From: Azonexus sp.
Lineage (GTDB): Bacteria > Pseudomonadota > Gammaproteobacteria > Burkholderiales > Rhodocyclaceae
NCBI GenBank assembly: GCA_036170495.1
Contig: JAVHPH010000252.1
Length of the DNA: 43,386 bases
Reading direction: 5' to 3' (one strand)
In this document: one piece after another, positions 33,099 to 42,880 of the stretch
Position numbering within the stretch: position 1 is the stretch's first letter
Layout: every line of letters begins with the position of its first letter
The notes under the pieces: model-generated
Seen by the model: only the letters and a program-made list of their open reading frames with translations
Database searches by the model: none
What the model was told of the DNA's origin: nothing
Position numbers and translations under genes: made by a program

Positions 33099-33929
33099 AT
33101 GAGCACTTACGCCATCGGCGACATCCAGGGCTGCTACGACTCGCTGCAGCGACTTCTCGAGCGTTGCGCCTTCGACCCGGCCAGCGATCGCCTGTGGCTG
33201 GTCGGCGATCTGGTCAATCGTGGCCCGCATTCGCTGGCAACGCTCCGCCTGATCAAGTCGCTCGGACCAGCGGCCATCACCGTCCTCGGCAACCACGACC
33301 TCTATCTGCTCATGGTCGCCGAAGGCGGCGCCAAGTTTCGCGGCAAGGACGACACGCTGCAGGAAATCCTCGACGCGCCCGATTGCGCCGAGCTGCTCGA
33401 CTGGCTACGCCATCAGGCGATCTGCCACACCGAGGGTGAATACTGCCTCGTCCACGCCGGTCTGCTGCCGCAATGGACGGCGGCCCGCGCCCGCGAACTG
33501 GCCCGTGAGGTCGAAGCCGCGCTGCAGGGACCGAATTTCCGCGAATTCATCCTCAACCTGTGGGGCAGTGAACCGGCCGGTTGGTCGGACAAGCTGCGTG
33601 GCTGGCCGCGCCTGCGCGTTATCGTCAACGCCATGACCCGCATGCGCTTCTGCACGCTGGATGGCGTCATGGAGTTCAAGGTCAAGGGCAAACTGGCCAA
33701 CGCACCAGCCGGTCACATTCCGTGGTTCGACCTGCCGAACCGGAAAAGTGCCGAGGCCGTCCTGGTTACCGGCCACTGGTCGGCGCTCGGCCTGAAAGTC
33801 ACGCCGAATCTGCTGGCGCTCGACTCAGGCTGCCTGTGGGGTGGGCATCTGACCGCGGTCCGGCTCGAAGATCGGCAGGTGTTTCAGGTGAACTGCTCAC
33901 CAACGGAAGCCCTGCCGCTAAAGCGATAG
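33099..33929 (+). CDS. apaH: Symmetrical bis(5'-nucleosyl)-tetraphosphatase
   Basis: IGDIQGC, GDLVNRGP, LGNHD, GHWSAL, LDSGCLWGG. Confidence 0.95.
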   Translation: MSTYAIGDIQGCYDSLQRLLERCAFDPASDRLWLVGDLVNRGPHSLATLRLIKSLGPAAITVLGNHDLYLLMVAEGGAKFRGKDDTLQEILDAPDCAELLDWLRHQAICHTEGEYCLVHAGLLPQWTAARARELAREVEAALQGPNFREFILNLWGSEPAGWSDKLRGWPRLRVIVNAMTRMRFCTLDGVMEFKVKGKLANAPAGHIPWFDLPNRKSAEAVLVTGHWSALGLKVTPNLLALDSGCLWGGHLTAVRLEDRQVFQVNCSPTEALPLKR

Positions 33930-34644
33930 CCTCACGCGCATCAGCCGCCACCTGCTTGCGGTCTTCACCATTCATTCCGCGCACCGGCGTGGTCACCAGC
34001 CGGGCAATCAGGCGTTTTCGGCCAAGAATGGCTGCCGTACATTGCCCCATCGAAATATCGCCGTCGTAACGCGGGGCCAGGCTGCGCCGGCCATCGAGTT
34101 CCCAGTACGAGATCGCCACCGGCAACACCGGCCGCCCAGCGGTCAGCGCCGGCTGAATGAGCGCGGCATGAAAGTGCAGCAGGCAGCGGCCATCAGTGGT
34201 CGTTCCTTCGGGGAAAACGGCAACATGCTTCCCCTTGCCGAGAACCTCGGCCACCTGCTCGTTAATCACCTTCGCATGGCCACGGCTGCCGCGGCGCAAG
34301 AATATTGTGTCGTTCTTCGCCGCCAGCCAGCCGATCAGCGGCCAATACCGGACTTCTTCCTTCGAGACGAAGGCCGCCGGCAGCGCGGCGTTGATCACAT
34401 AGATGTCGATCCACGAAATGTGATTGGCGACCAGCAAGGCGCCCGGCACGGCATGCGTCAGATCGGCCTCGACCTCGACGCCAAGCGCGTCGAGCAAGGC
34501 AGCGGCCCAACTGGCCTTGAGCGCGAGACGCTGGCGGCCGCTGCACAACGGGAAAATGCACAGCGAAAAAAGCACCCCACTGATGACCAGCAGGGTGATA
34601 CGAAGTATGCGGAAAGCGCGAGTCGCTAAATTTGTCTGGCTCAG
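33799..34644 (-). CDS. Lysophospholipid acyltransferase (PlsC/OlsA-like); start uncertain (CTG 34644 or GTG 34575)
   Basis: ANHISWID, FVSKEEV and FPEGTT; directly downstream of the olsB-like gene. Confidence 0.85.
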   Translation of the reverse strand: MSQTNLATRAFRILRITLLVISGVLFSLCIFPLCSGRQRLALKASWAAALLDALGVEVEADLTHAVPGALLVANHISWIDIYVINAALPAAFVSKEEVRYWPLIGWLAAKNDTIFLRRGSRGHAKVINEQVAEVLGKGKHVAVFPEGTTTDGRCLLHFHAALIQPALTAGRPVLPVAISYWELDGRRSLAPRYDGDISMGQCTAAILGRKRLIARLVTTPVRGMNGEDRKQVAADAREAIALAAGLPLVSSSPETPADLRAGPRSDAHPTGSLSRAPADSA

Positions 34645-34649
34645 TCTAC

Positions 34650-35402
34650 TTATCCCAGATAATGCTTGGCATAACGGCCGGAAACCTTGGCCATCGGCAA
34701 CAGAATCGGCAGGTCGGCGGTATTGAAATCAGGATCCCAGGCCGGTTCACCGCAGATCCAGGCCCCCGCCCGCAGGTAGCCCTTGATCAACGGCGGCATT
34801 TCGGCCGGCCAATCCTGCTGCAGGGCGGCCAAAGGCAGCGGACAACGCGGGAAAACGCGGTACTCCTGCGGCCCAAGGTGATCGGCAACCAGCCGATTAT
34901 ACAAGCTGGCCGCAGCATGGCCGCCATCGGCCATGCTGATCGACGCGCAACCCATCAGGTAGTCGTAGCTGTTCTCGACCATAAATTGCGCCAGCCCCGA
35001 CCACAGCAAGGTAATCGTCGCCCCGGTCCGGTAATCGGGGTGAACGCAGGAACGGCCAATCTCAACCAGACGCGAACGCAGATGCTGAAGGCGGGTCAGG
35101 TCAAACTCGTTTTCGGAGTAATAGCCGATCAAGCGGGCATTTTCCGGCGTCAGTATCCGGTAGGTACCAACGATTTCGCTGGTCTGCGTATCTCGGACGA
35201 CGAGATGCTGGCAATACGGATCGTAAATATCGTGGTCGATGCCCGGGATGCGGCTCGGCAGGTTGGCGCCCATTTCACCGGCAAAAACGCGGTAGCGCAG
35301 ACGCTGCGCGTCGAGGATATCGCTCTGGCTGCGGGCAAAATCAACCGCCAGGCTCTTCTTTTCGGGACGGCTGCGACCAGCCGCCTTATGGATATTTTCC
35401 AT
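34650..35402 (-). CDS. GNAT N-acyltransferase, ornithine-lipid OlsB-like
   Basis: AQRLRYRVFA.E, D.D.YD..C.HL, VGTYRIL, EIGRSCVHPDYR and PPLIKGYLRAGA. Confidence 0.85.
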   Translation of the reverse strand: MENIHKAAGRSRPEKKSLAVDFARSQSDILDAQRLRYRVFAGEMGANLPSRIPGIDHDIYDPYCQHLVVRDTQTSEIVGTYRILTPENARLIGYYSENEFDLTRLQHLRSRLVEIGRSCVHPDYRTGATITLLWSGLAQFMVENSYDYLMGCASISMADGGHAAASLYNRLVADHLGPQEYRVFPRCPLPLAALQQDWPAEMPPLIKGYLRAGAWICGEPAWDPDFNTADLPILLPMAKVSGRYAKHYLG

Positions 35403-35499
35403 CTTTGTTCTCCTTGTAGTCGTGGGGAACAAGTCTGGACGAGCGTTGTTACATGCACTTTGCCCGAAGATGACGGCGATGTTTCATCGCTGCCTTTGA

Positions 35500-36432
35500 T
35501 TACCAAGGTTGTGCGCCGAACGCCTTGTGATAACGCCTGGCGATTTCCTCGCGGCTCGGCTGGTGGTTCTGGCCGCCGCGATGAGCGATCTTGATGGCCC
35601 CCATCACCGCAGCCAGACGGCCGGTCGTCAGCCAATCGAACCCGTTGGCAATGCCGTAGAGCAGGCCCGAACGATAGGCGTCGCCGCAGCCGGTCGGATC
35701 CAGAATTTCGTCGGCCGTGACACAGGGAATGGCGTGACGTACGCCATCGGCGTAGATATCGGAACCTTGGCCACCCCGCGTCACGATCAGCGCCTTCAGG
35801 CAGTTGGCCAGTTGCTCCAGGCTGCGACCGGTCCGGTCGCATAGCAACTTGGCTTCATAGTCGTTGAAGCAGGCGTAATCGGCGAGCTCAATGAAATCGA
35901 GGAGTTCGTCGCCATTGAACATCGGCAGGCCCTGGCCCGGATCAAAGATGAATGGCACCCTGGCATCGGCGAAGTCACGGGCATGCTGCATCATGCCTTC
36001 GCGGCCATCCGGGGCAACGATGCCGAGCTTGGCGTTGGCGCTCTCGACCTTGTTGAGATGCGAGAAGCTCATCGCCCCCGGGTGAAAAGCGGTGATCTGA
36101 TTGTCATCAAGGTCGGTTGTGATGAATGCCTGCGCGGTGAAACTACCACTGACCTGACGGACATGGGTACGCGGCAGGCCAAGCTGGTCGAGGCGGTCGA
36201 GATACGGCGCAGCGTCGTCGCCGACGGTGGCCATGATCATCGGCTCACCACCGAGCAGCATCAGGTTGTAAGCGATGTTGCCGGCACAGCCGCCGAACTC
36301 GCGACGCATTTCGGGCACCAGGAAAGCCACATTCAGGATATGAATCTGCTCGGGCAGGATGTGGTTCTTGAAGCGATCCGGAAAGACCATGATGTTGTCG
36401 AAAGCCAGCGAACCGCAAATCAGTGTTGTCAT
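35500..36432 (-). CDS. PfkB-family carbohydrate/nucleoside kinase (adenosine kinase-like)
   Basis: GSLAFD, GGCAGNIAY, FDPGQ, DPTGCGDAYR. Confidence 0.9.
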   Translation of the reverse strand: MTTLICGSLAFDNIMVFPDRFKNHILPEQIHILNVAFLVPEMRREFGGCAGNIAYNLMLLGGEPMIMATVGDDAAPYLDRLDQLGLPRTHVRQVSGSFTAQAFITTDLDDNQITAFHPGAMSFSHLNKVESANAKLGIVAPDGREGMMQHARDFADARVPFIFDPGQGLPMFNGDELLDFIELADYACFNDYEAKLLCDRTGRSLEQLANCLKALIVTRGGQGSDIYADGVRHAIPCVTADEILDPTGCGDAYRSGLLYGIANGFDWLTTGRLAAVMGAIKIAHRGGQNHQPSREEIARRYHKAFGAQPW

Positions 36433-36438
36433 GTCAGA

Positions 36439-37503
36439 TCAGGGATAAAAGATATAAAGGCGGTAACCCGAAGCGCCACTTTCCTTGGCCTCAACCCAGA
36501 GCTTGACGGCCATTTCGCCGTTGGCCGGGAAGGCGTCGGAAGTCGTGCCGGGGGGCAGATAATCGGCGGCATACATGACCCGCCGCGACACCACGGCATC
36601 ATTCGTGTCGGTCAGGCTCAATTCCAGTGCCGGCCACGCCTGGGCATAGCCGGCCCGGTTTTTTAACGAAGCTTGCAGCACGAACAGGCCACGGGCGTTA
36701 TCGGATTGCAGGTCAGAGGTTTCTATCGACACCAGGGCCGAATTTCGCGGCAAAGGGATGTCGACCGCAGCAAGTTCGTAAAGCCCGGCCGAACTAGGGA
36801 AGCGCAGCGAAATGTCGGTGCGAAAATAGAACAGTAGTTGGCCGAGCAGACCGATCAACAGCAAAACAGCAACGAGGACAAAGGGCCAGACCGCCCGCTG
36901 AGTCGATTCGTTATCGAAGCCGCCCAAACCGTCGCTGGCCAGCGTTCCGGCCAACCAGCGGTTGCTTGCGGTATCCGCCAGTTCGCGCGAGGCAACCAGC
37001 CCGGCCTGACGGGCCGCCTCGGTCGACTCCTCGGGAGACTCGACCAGGGGTTCGGCGAGCGGCTCCTGAATCAACTCCGGTTCAGTCGCAACAGGCTCCA
37101 CGGACAGCTCGACAGCGATGGGCGAAAAATCCTCGGGAACAACATTGGCGGGCTGTTCACGCTGTTCGTTTGGCGAAATCTCGGCGGAGCCAGACTCGTC
37201 AACGATTTTAACCGGCAAATCTGCGGGCCACTCAGCCAGCGACGCGTCCACTTCAACTTCCTGAGCCTCAATTTCCGGCTCATCGAGCGGAGTCTCAGGC
37301 TCCGGAGAACCCGACTCTTCGTGCGGAACCGGCTCCTCGACTGGCGGCGTCTCGATTAATGGCTCGTGATCCTCGCTGACCAATGCATCGAAAGCGTTGA
37401 ATACAGCCTGGCAGTGGCCACAGCGAACCTTGCCTGCTCTCAGCCGCAACTGCTCGGTCGTCACACGGAAAACCGTGCCGCAGACCGGACAGCGCGTCCG
37501 CAT
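36439..37503 (-). CDS. Zinc-ribbon plus DUF3426-type membrane protein
   Basis: TRCPVC.T.FRV...QL....GKVRCGHC, an acidic linker, one TM helix and C-terminal GYRLYIFYP; typical position after prmA. Confidence 0.85.
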   Translation of the reverse strand: MRTRCPVCGTVFRVTTEQLRLRAGKVRCGHCQAVFNAFDALVSEDHEPLIETPPVEEPVPHEESGSPEPETPLDEPEIEAQEVEVDASLAEWPADLPVKIVDESGSAEISPNEQREQPANVVPEDFSPIAVELSVEPVATEPELIQEPLAEPLVESPEESTEAARQAGLVASRELADTASNRWLAGTLASDGLGGFDNESTQRAVWPFVLVAVLLLIGLLGQLLFYFRTDISLRFPSSAGLYELAAVDIPLPRNSALVSIETSDLQSDNARGLFVLQASLKNRAGYAQAWPALELSLTDTNDAVVSRRVMYAADYLPPGTTSDAFPANGEMAVKLWVEAKESGASGYRLYIFYP

Positions 37504-38393
37504 CAAGGCTTGATTCCTTCCAGACACACCCAGTCTTCGCGCGTATCGGCCACCTGCATCGGTAGCCACTGAGCGTAGATGGCAATGATTTCTTCCGCCT
37601 GCTCGCGGAGAATACCGGACAGTGCCAGACGACCACCTGAACGGACATGCGCGCAGATTGCCGGGGCCAGAACGCGAAGTGGATTGGAAAGGATATTAGC
37701 CACGACGAAATCATATTCGCCAGCGGCCGGCATGGCCGAATCGGCAAACAACGCAACCACACCATTGCGCTCAGCATTCGAGCGGGCCGCGTCGACGGCC
37801 AGTGGATCAATATCAACCCCAGCGACACGACCAGCCCCAAGGCGAGCCGCAGCAATAGCCAGAATGCCAGAACCGCAGCCATAATCGAGCACGGTACAGC
37901 CTTCAAAGATATTGCGCTCGAGCCATTCCAGGCAGAGCCGGGTAGTTGGATGCGAGCCGGTGCCGAAGGCCATGCCCGGATCGAGAATCAGATTCACCGC
38001 CGCCGGGTCCGGCGTTTCGTGCCACGACGGGACGATCCACAGACGGCCCGAAACACGAATCGGGTCGAACTGCGACTGGGTCAGTTGCACCCAGTTCTGC
38101 TCTTCCACCGTTTCGACCGTATAGTTTGGCGCTTCGCTCAAGCCGATGGCCGCTATTACCTGGCCGAGAAGCGCATCGATATCGGCTTCTGCTTCAAGCA
38201 GGGCAACGATGCGCGAATGCGTCCAGCCCGAACTCGGCAGCGAACCGGGTTCGCCGAACAGCGGCTGTTCGTCCGGCGTACCGGCATCGGCATCCTCGAT
38301 ACTGGCCGACAGCGCGCCCGCTTCAAGTAGGGCATCGCAAATCGGCTCGGCATGCGACGCATCGGTCAGGAAACAAACACTTTGCCAGGCCAT
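37503..38393 (-). CDS. prmA: Ribosomal protein L11 methyltransferase
   Basis: LDPGMAFGTGSHPTT, VLDYGCGSGILA, VANIL. Confidence 0.96.
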   Translation of the reverse strand: MAWQSVCFLTDASHAEPICDALLEAGALSASIEDADAGTPDEQPLFGEPGSLPSSGWTHSRIVALLEAEADIDALLGQVIAAIGLSEAPNYTVETVEEQNWVQLTQSQFDPIRVSGRLWIVPSWHETPDPAAVNLILDPGMAFGTGSHPTTRLCLEWLERNIFEGCTVLDYGCGSGILAIAAARLGAGRVAGVDIDPLAVDAARSNAERNGVVALFADSAMPAAGEYDFVVANILSNPLRVLAPAICAHVRSGGRLALSGILREQAEEIIAIYAQWLPMQVADTREDWVCLEGIKP

Positions 38394-38396
38394 CGC

Positions 38397-39755
38397 TTAA
38401 AGCTTCACTTCGCCCTTGTCGGCGAGTTTTTGTTCGAGATAATGAATGCTCGTGCCGCCTTCGACGAAACGCGCGTCCTGCATCAGCTCCTGGTGCAGCG
38501 GGATATTGGTCTTGATGCCCTGAATGCTCATCTCGGACAAGGCGATGCGCATGCGGCGGATGGCCTGGTCACGGGTGTCGCCATAGGCGATGACCTTGGC
38601 GACCATCGAGTCGTAATGCGACGGTACCGTATAGCCTTGATAAATATGTGTATCGACGCGGATACCGGGGCCGCCAGGCGGGTGATAAAACTCAATCTTG
38701 CCGGGACAGGGAACGAAGGTGAAGGGATCTTCGGCGTTAATACGGCATTCAATGGAGTGGCCACGGAACACGATGTCCTTCTGCTTGTAGCGCAGCTTCT
38801 CGCCGGCCGCGACGCGAATCTGCTCCTGCACGATATCGACGCCGGTGATCATTTCGGTGACCGGATGCTCGACCTGAACACGCGTGTTCATTTCGATGAA
38901 ATAAAACTCGTTGTTTTCGTAGAGAAATTCGAAAGTACCGGCACCACGATAGCCGATTTTCCGGCAGGCTTCGGCGCAGCGTTCGCCGATACGGGCAATC
39001 AGGCGGGCCGGGATATGCGGCGCCGGCGCCTCTTCAATTACCTTCTGGTGACGACGCTGCATCGAGCAGTCGCGTTCGCCAAGGTAAATCGCGCTCTTGT
39101 ATTCGTCGGCCAGGACCTGGATTTCCACATGACGGGGATTTTCCAGGTACTTTTCCATGTACACCGCCGGATTATTGAAGAAGCTGCCAGCCTCCTGCTT
39201 GGTCATCGCCACGGCATTGATCAGCGCTGCTTCGGTGTGCACAACGCGCATGCCGCGACCACCGCCGCCACCGGCGGCCTTGATGATGACCGGGTAACCG
39301 ACGGCGCGAGCGATCTTGATGATTTCCTTCGGATCTTCCGGCAACTCGCCATCAGAGCCGGGAACGCACGGAACCCCAGCCTCCTTCATGGCATTCTTGG
39401 CCGACACCTTGTCGCCCATCAGGCGAATGGTTTCGGCTCTCGGGCCAATGAAAACAAAACCGGAAGTCTCGACACGCTCGGCAAAATCGGCATTTTCCGA
39501 CAGGAAACCATAGCCCGGATGAATGGCTTGGGCATCGGTGACTTCTGCCGCGGAAATAATGGCCGGAACGTTCAGGTAGCTTTGCAATGACGACGCAGGG
39601 CCGATACAGACCGACTCGTCCGCCAGCTTGACATATTTCGCGTCACGATCGGCCTCGGAGTGCACGACCACCGTCTTGATACCAAGCTCGCGACAGGCGC
39701 GCTGAATACGCAAGGCGATCTCGCCGCGATTGGCGATAAGAATCTTTTCAAACAT
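38397..39755 (-). CDS. accC: Acetyl-CoA carboxylase, biotin carboxylase subunit
   Basis: [38 protein letters not shown]. Confidence 0.97.
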   Translation of the reverse strand: MFEKILIANRGEIALRIQRACRELGIKTVVVHSEADRDAKYVKLADESVCIGPASSLQSYLNVPAIISAAEVTDAQAIHPGYGFLSENADFAERVETSGFVFIGPRAETIRLMGDKVSAKNAMKEAGVPCVPGSDGELPEDPKEIIKIARAVGYPVIIKAAGGGGGRGMRVVHTEAALINAVAMTKQEAGSFFNNPAVYMEKYLENPRHVEIQVLADEYKSAIYLGERDCSMQRRHQKVIEEAPAPHIPARLIARIGERCAEACRKIGYRGAGTFEFLYENNEFYFIEMNTRVQVEHPVTEMITGVDIVQEQIRVAAGEKLRYKQKDIVFRGHSIECRINAEDPFTFVPCPGKIEFYHPPGGPGIRVDTHIYQGYTVPSHYDSMVAKVIAYGDTRDQAIRRMRIALSEMSIQGIKTNIPLHQELMQDARFVEGGTSIHYLEQKLADKGEVKL

Positions 39756-39762
39756 GGCCATA

Positions 39763-40215
39763 TTAGCCAATCACAAAAAGCGGCTCACCGAATTCCACCG
39801 GCTCGCCATTCTCGACCAGGATGGCCTTGATTACGCCCGAAGCATCGGCTTCGATTTCGTTGAGCAGTTTCATGGCTTCGATAATGCACAGGGTTTCGCC
39901 CTGCTTGACGCTTTGGCCAACCTGAACGAAAGCTTCGGCACCAGGCGACGGGGAGCGGTAGAAAGTACCGACCATCGGTGACTTGACGATGTGGCCTTCC
40001 GGCAATTCGTCCTCGTCATCAAGCTTGGCCGCAGTTGCAGCCGGAGCACCCGGCACCATCTGGGGCGGCGCAGCGTAGTATTGCTGCGGCGCGGCGGCCA
40101 GGGTGCCGTAATGCTTGGCGATGCGAACCTTTTCTTCACCCTCCGTGACTTCCAGCTCTGAAATGCCGGATTCCTGTACGAGGTCGATAAGTTTCTTGAG
40201 TTTACGCAGATCCAT
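39763..40215 (-). CDS. accB: Biotin carboxyl carrier protein
   Basis: [18 protein letters not shown] and the biotinylation motif EAMKL. Confidence 0.97.
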   Translation of the reverse strand: MDLRKLKKLIDLVQESGISELEVTEGEEKVRIAKHYGTLAAAPQQYYAAPPQMVPGAPAATAAKLDDEDELPEGHIVKSPMVGTFYRSPSPGAEAFVQVGQSVKQGETLCIIEAMKLLNEIEADASGVIKAILVENGEPVEFGEPLFVIG

Positions 40216-40270
40216 GGAGACTCCCTTCTGTGTTGCGCCCGTCGGGCACAAGTGTCCGGCCCGAGCCGGA

Positions 40271-40750
40271 CTATTCAATATTGAGCTTGTTAAGCAGATA
40301 TTCGAGGGCAAGCAGGTAGCCCTCATGACCCAGCCCACAGATAACACCGATGGCCAAGTCCGAAAAATACGAGTGATGGCGGAATGGTTCCCGCGCATGC
40401 ACATTGGAAAGATGCACTTCGACGAAAGGAATCGCCACCGCCGCGAGGGCATCGCGCAGGGCCACACTGGTATGCGTGTACGCTGCAGGATTGATAATGA
40501 TGGCGCGGACACCCTGTTCGCGAGCGGCATGGATGCGCTCGATCAGAGCACCTTCATGGTTGCTCTGGAATGCCTCCAACTCGACACCAGCCGTTTCGGC
40601 GGCGCGCGCCAGCGACATGTTGATATCCGACAGGGTTACCCGGCCATAATGCTCAGGTTCGCGCGTGCCAAGCAGGTTCAGATTCGGCCCATGGATAACC
40701 AGGACACGAGGCTTTTCTACCGGCCTGGAAGCAGTTTTTCGCTTCGTCAT
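40271..40750 (-). CDS. aroQ: Type II 3-dehydroquinate dehydratase
   Basis: [30 protein letters not shown]. Confidence 0.96.
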   Translation of the reverse strand: MTKRKTASRPVEKPRVLVIHGPNLNLLGTREPEHYGRVTLSDINMSLARAAETAGVELEAFQSNHEGALIERIHAAREQGVRAIIINPAAYTHTSVALRDALAAVAIPFVEVHLSNVHAREPFRHHSYFSDLAIGVICGLGHEGYLLALEYLLNKLNIE

Positions 40751-40789
40751 AGCTGCAAGTTTGCCGCAAATAGCTGCAACTTGTCCAGT

Positions 40790-41380
40790 CTATTCCTTTA
40801 GTAAGGCGCGTAGTGCATCTGCCCTGATGCGCTCATGCGGACGCCCATCATGGTGTTTCAGGCTGACTCGCTCCATGTTCGGCGGCAGAATAATGAGATC
40901 TGCGTCAGCCGTGTCGGTTTCCATGCGCAGCACGGCCTCGACCCGCTCATTGCGTGATTCTACATGTGAGACGCTGATGGCGCGATTGAGCAGGAAGATC
41001 TCGACCTCCTTGGCGCTATCAGCGAAGAGCAAAATATCGATGTGCGAATGCTCGCTGGCCGTACCATCAAGGACCGACCCGGTCAGGTAGGGATTGAAAT
41101 CCGCCAGCAAATCGAGCAGCTCGAGCGCCGTATGGCGCATCAGCCCAATCATCTCCTCGTGTTCTTCGCCCTGATACAGACTCCGGTAGGCGCGCAGTTC
41201 GGCCTCGACCTCGGCGTTATCCGGCAAGGCGGCATTTTCAGACAGACCCAGTTGGCGGGCTGCCTTCTTTTTTGCGTGGTGGTAGTCGGCAATGCCATCC
41301 TCCGCCATCAGGCGGGCGGCGGCACTGGCGATGCTGGCCCGATTGCCGGGGCTCGTACGTTGCCGTTCATGACGGGCCAT
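40790..41380 (-). CDS. Conserved protein with a nucleotidyltransferase-like motif
   Basis: AARLMAEDG..DY..AK.KAA and GSV..G.....S.IDI. Confidence 0.75.
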   Translation of the reverse strand: MARHERQRTSPGNRASIASAAARLMAEDGIADYHHAKKKAARQLGLSENAALPDNAEVEAELRAYRSLYQGEEHEEMIGLMRHTALELLDLLADFNPYLTGSVLDGTASEHSHIDILLFADSAKEVEIFLLNRAISVSHVESRNERVEAVLRMETDTADADLIILPPNMERVSLKHHDGRPHERIRADALRALLKE

Positions 41381-41430
41381 GGTGACTCGATCAAGGTAAA
41401 ATCGCCCCCATTCTAACGGCTCGAACTGAA

Positions 41431-42777
41431 ATGCACATTCACATTCTCGGCATCTGCGGCACTTTCATGGGCGGCGTTGCCCAATTGGCGGTCGATTCGG
41501 GCCACAAGGTCACGGGCTGCGACGCCAACGTCTATCCGCCGATGAGCGACCAACTGCGCGGTGCCGGTATCGAGCTGATCGAAGGTTTCGAGACCGATCA
41601 ACTCAAGCTCGCGCCGGATGTCTTCGTGATCGGCAACGCCATTTCACGCGGCAACCCGCTGCTCGAAGCCATTCTCGACAAGGGCCTGCCTTACGTTTCC
41701 GGGCCGCAATGGCTGGCCGAGAACCTGCTGCAGGGCCGCTGGGTACTCGGCGTCGCCGGCACGCACGGCAAGACGACGACGGCCTCGATGCTGGCCTGGA
41801 TTCTCGAGGCGGCCAACATGGATCCCGGCTTTCTGATTGGCGGCGTGCCATTGAACTTCGGTGTTTCGGCCCGGCTCGGCGGCACGCCGTTCTTTGTCAT
41901 TGAGGCCGATGAATACGACACGGCCTTCTGCGACAAGCGTTCCAAGTTCGTCCATTACCGCCCACGAACGGTCATTTTAAATAACCTTGAATTCGATCAC
42001 GCCGACATTTTCAGCGATCTGGCCGCTATCGAAACGCAATTTCACCACCTCGTGCGCACCCTGCCACAATCCGGGCTGATCGTTTCCAACGCCGCCGAAG
42101 CCAGTCTGGACCGGGTTTTAGCGCGCGGTTGCTGGACGCCGGTGGAACGTTTCAACGACCCGGCAGGCTATTTCGTGACGGGGGACGACGCCCGCGGCGA
42201 ACTGGTTTTGCACTCGCCTGACGGCAAAGTTCGGCGGACGGTCTGGGGACTTTCTGGTAACCACAATCGGGCCAATGCCTGTGCCGCGCTGCTTGCCGCC
42301 CGCCATGTTGGCGTGCCGCTTGAGCAGGGGCTCGACGCTTTGTCGCGCTTCGTCAATGTCAAACGGCGCATGGAAGTGTGCGGCGAAGTGCGTGGCGTGA
42401 CGGTTTACGACGACTTCGCGCACCATCCGACAGCCATCGCGACGACCGTCGCCGGCTTGCGTCGCAAGGTTGGCAAGGCCCGCATCCTGGCTGTGCTGGA
42501 GCCGCGCTCGAATACGATGAAGCTGGGCACGATGAAGGCGCAACTGCCGGACAGCCTGCGCGAAGTCGACATGGCTTTTTGCTATGCCGGCAACCTCGGT
42601 TGGGATGCGCGCGAGGCGCTGGCGCCGATGGGCGAGCGCGCCGTCATTGAAGACGACCTGGCCCGACTAGTCGATCAGATCGTCATCGCGGCGCAACCGG
42701 GCGACCACATCCTGGTCATGAGCAACGGCGGTTTTGGCGGCATTCACGGCAAAATCCTGGCCGGGCTAACTGAGTAA
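41431..42777 (+). CDS. mpl: Murein peptide ligase
   Basis: MHIHILGICGTFMGG, GTHGKTTT, EADEYD, DDFAHHP, MSNGGFGG. Confidence 0.97.
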   Translation: MHIHILGICGTFMGGVAQLAVDSGHKVTGCDANVYPPMSDQLRGAGIELIEGFETDQLKLAPDVFVIGNAISRGNPLLEAILDKGLPYVSGPQWLAENLLQGRWVLGVAGTHGKTTTASMLAWILEAANMDPGFLIGGVPLNFGVSARLGGTPFFVIEADEYDTAFCDKRSKFVHYRPRTVILNNLEFDHADIFSDLAAIETQFHHLVRTLPQSGLIVSNAAEASLDRVLARGCWTPVERFNDPAGYFVTGDDARGELVLHSPDGKVRRTVWGLSGNHNRANACAALLAARHVGVPLEQGLDALSRFVNVKRRMEVCGEVRGVTVYDDFAHHPTAIATTVAGLRRKVGKARILAVLEPRSNTMKLGTMKAQLPDSLREVDMAFCYAGNLGWDAREALAPMGERAVIEDDLARLVDQIVIAAQPGDHILVMSNGGFGGIHGKILAGLTE

Positions 42778-42798
42778 AACTCGGCGTTTGGCCGAAAT

Positions 42799-42835
42799 CC
42801 CACGGTCAACTGGGAAATGGGGCCAAAAATAAAAA
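42799..42835 (+). repeat. Dispersed motif copy abutting a terminator
   Basis: cccacggtcaactgggaaatggggccaaaaataaaaa. Confidence 0.75.
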
Positions 42836-42867
42836 GGCGCGGCGAGGTTTCCCTCCCGCGCCTTTTT
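42831..42867. terminator. Bidirectional intrinsic terminator between mpl and maeB
   Basis: aaaaaggcgcgg...ccgcgccttttt. Confidence 0.85.
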
Positions 42868-42880
42868 GATCGAGCCTGGT

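Noticed and set aside
37195-37220. tcgtcaacgattttaaccggcaaat as a degenerate motif copy
   Set aside because: The core is mismatched and the tract spacing is off relative to the consensus.
40749-40779. Direct repeat ATAGCTGCAA x2 at the aroQ start
   Set aside because: Only 10 bp and two copies; could be a regulator site, but there is no supporting evidence.
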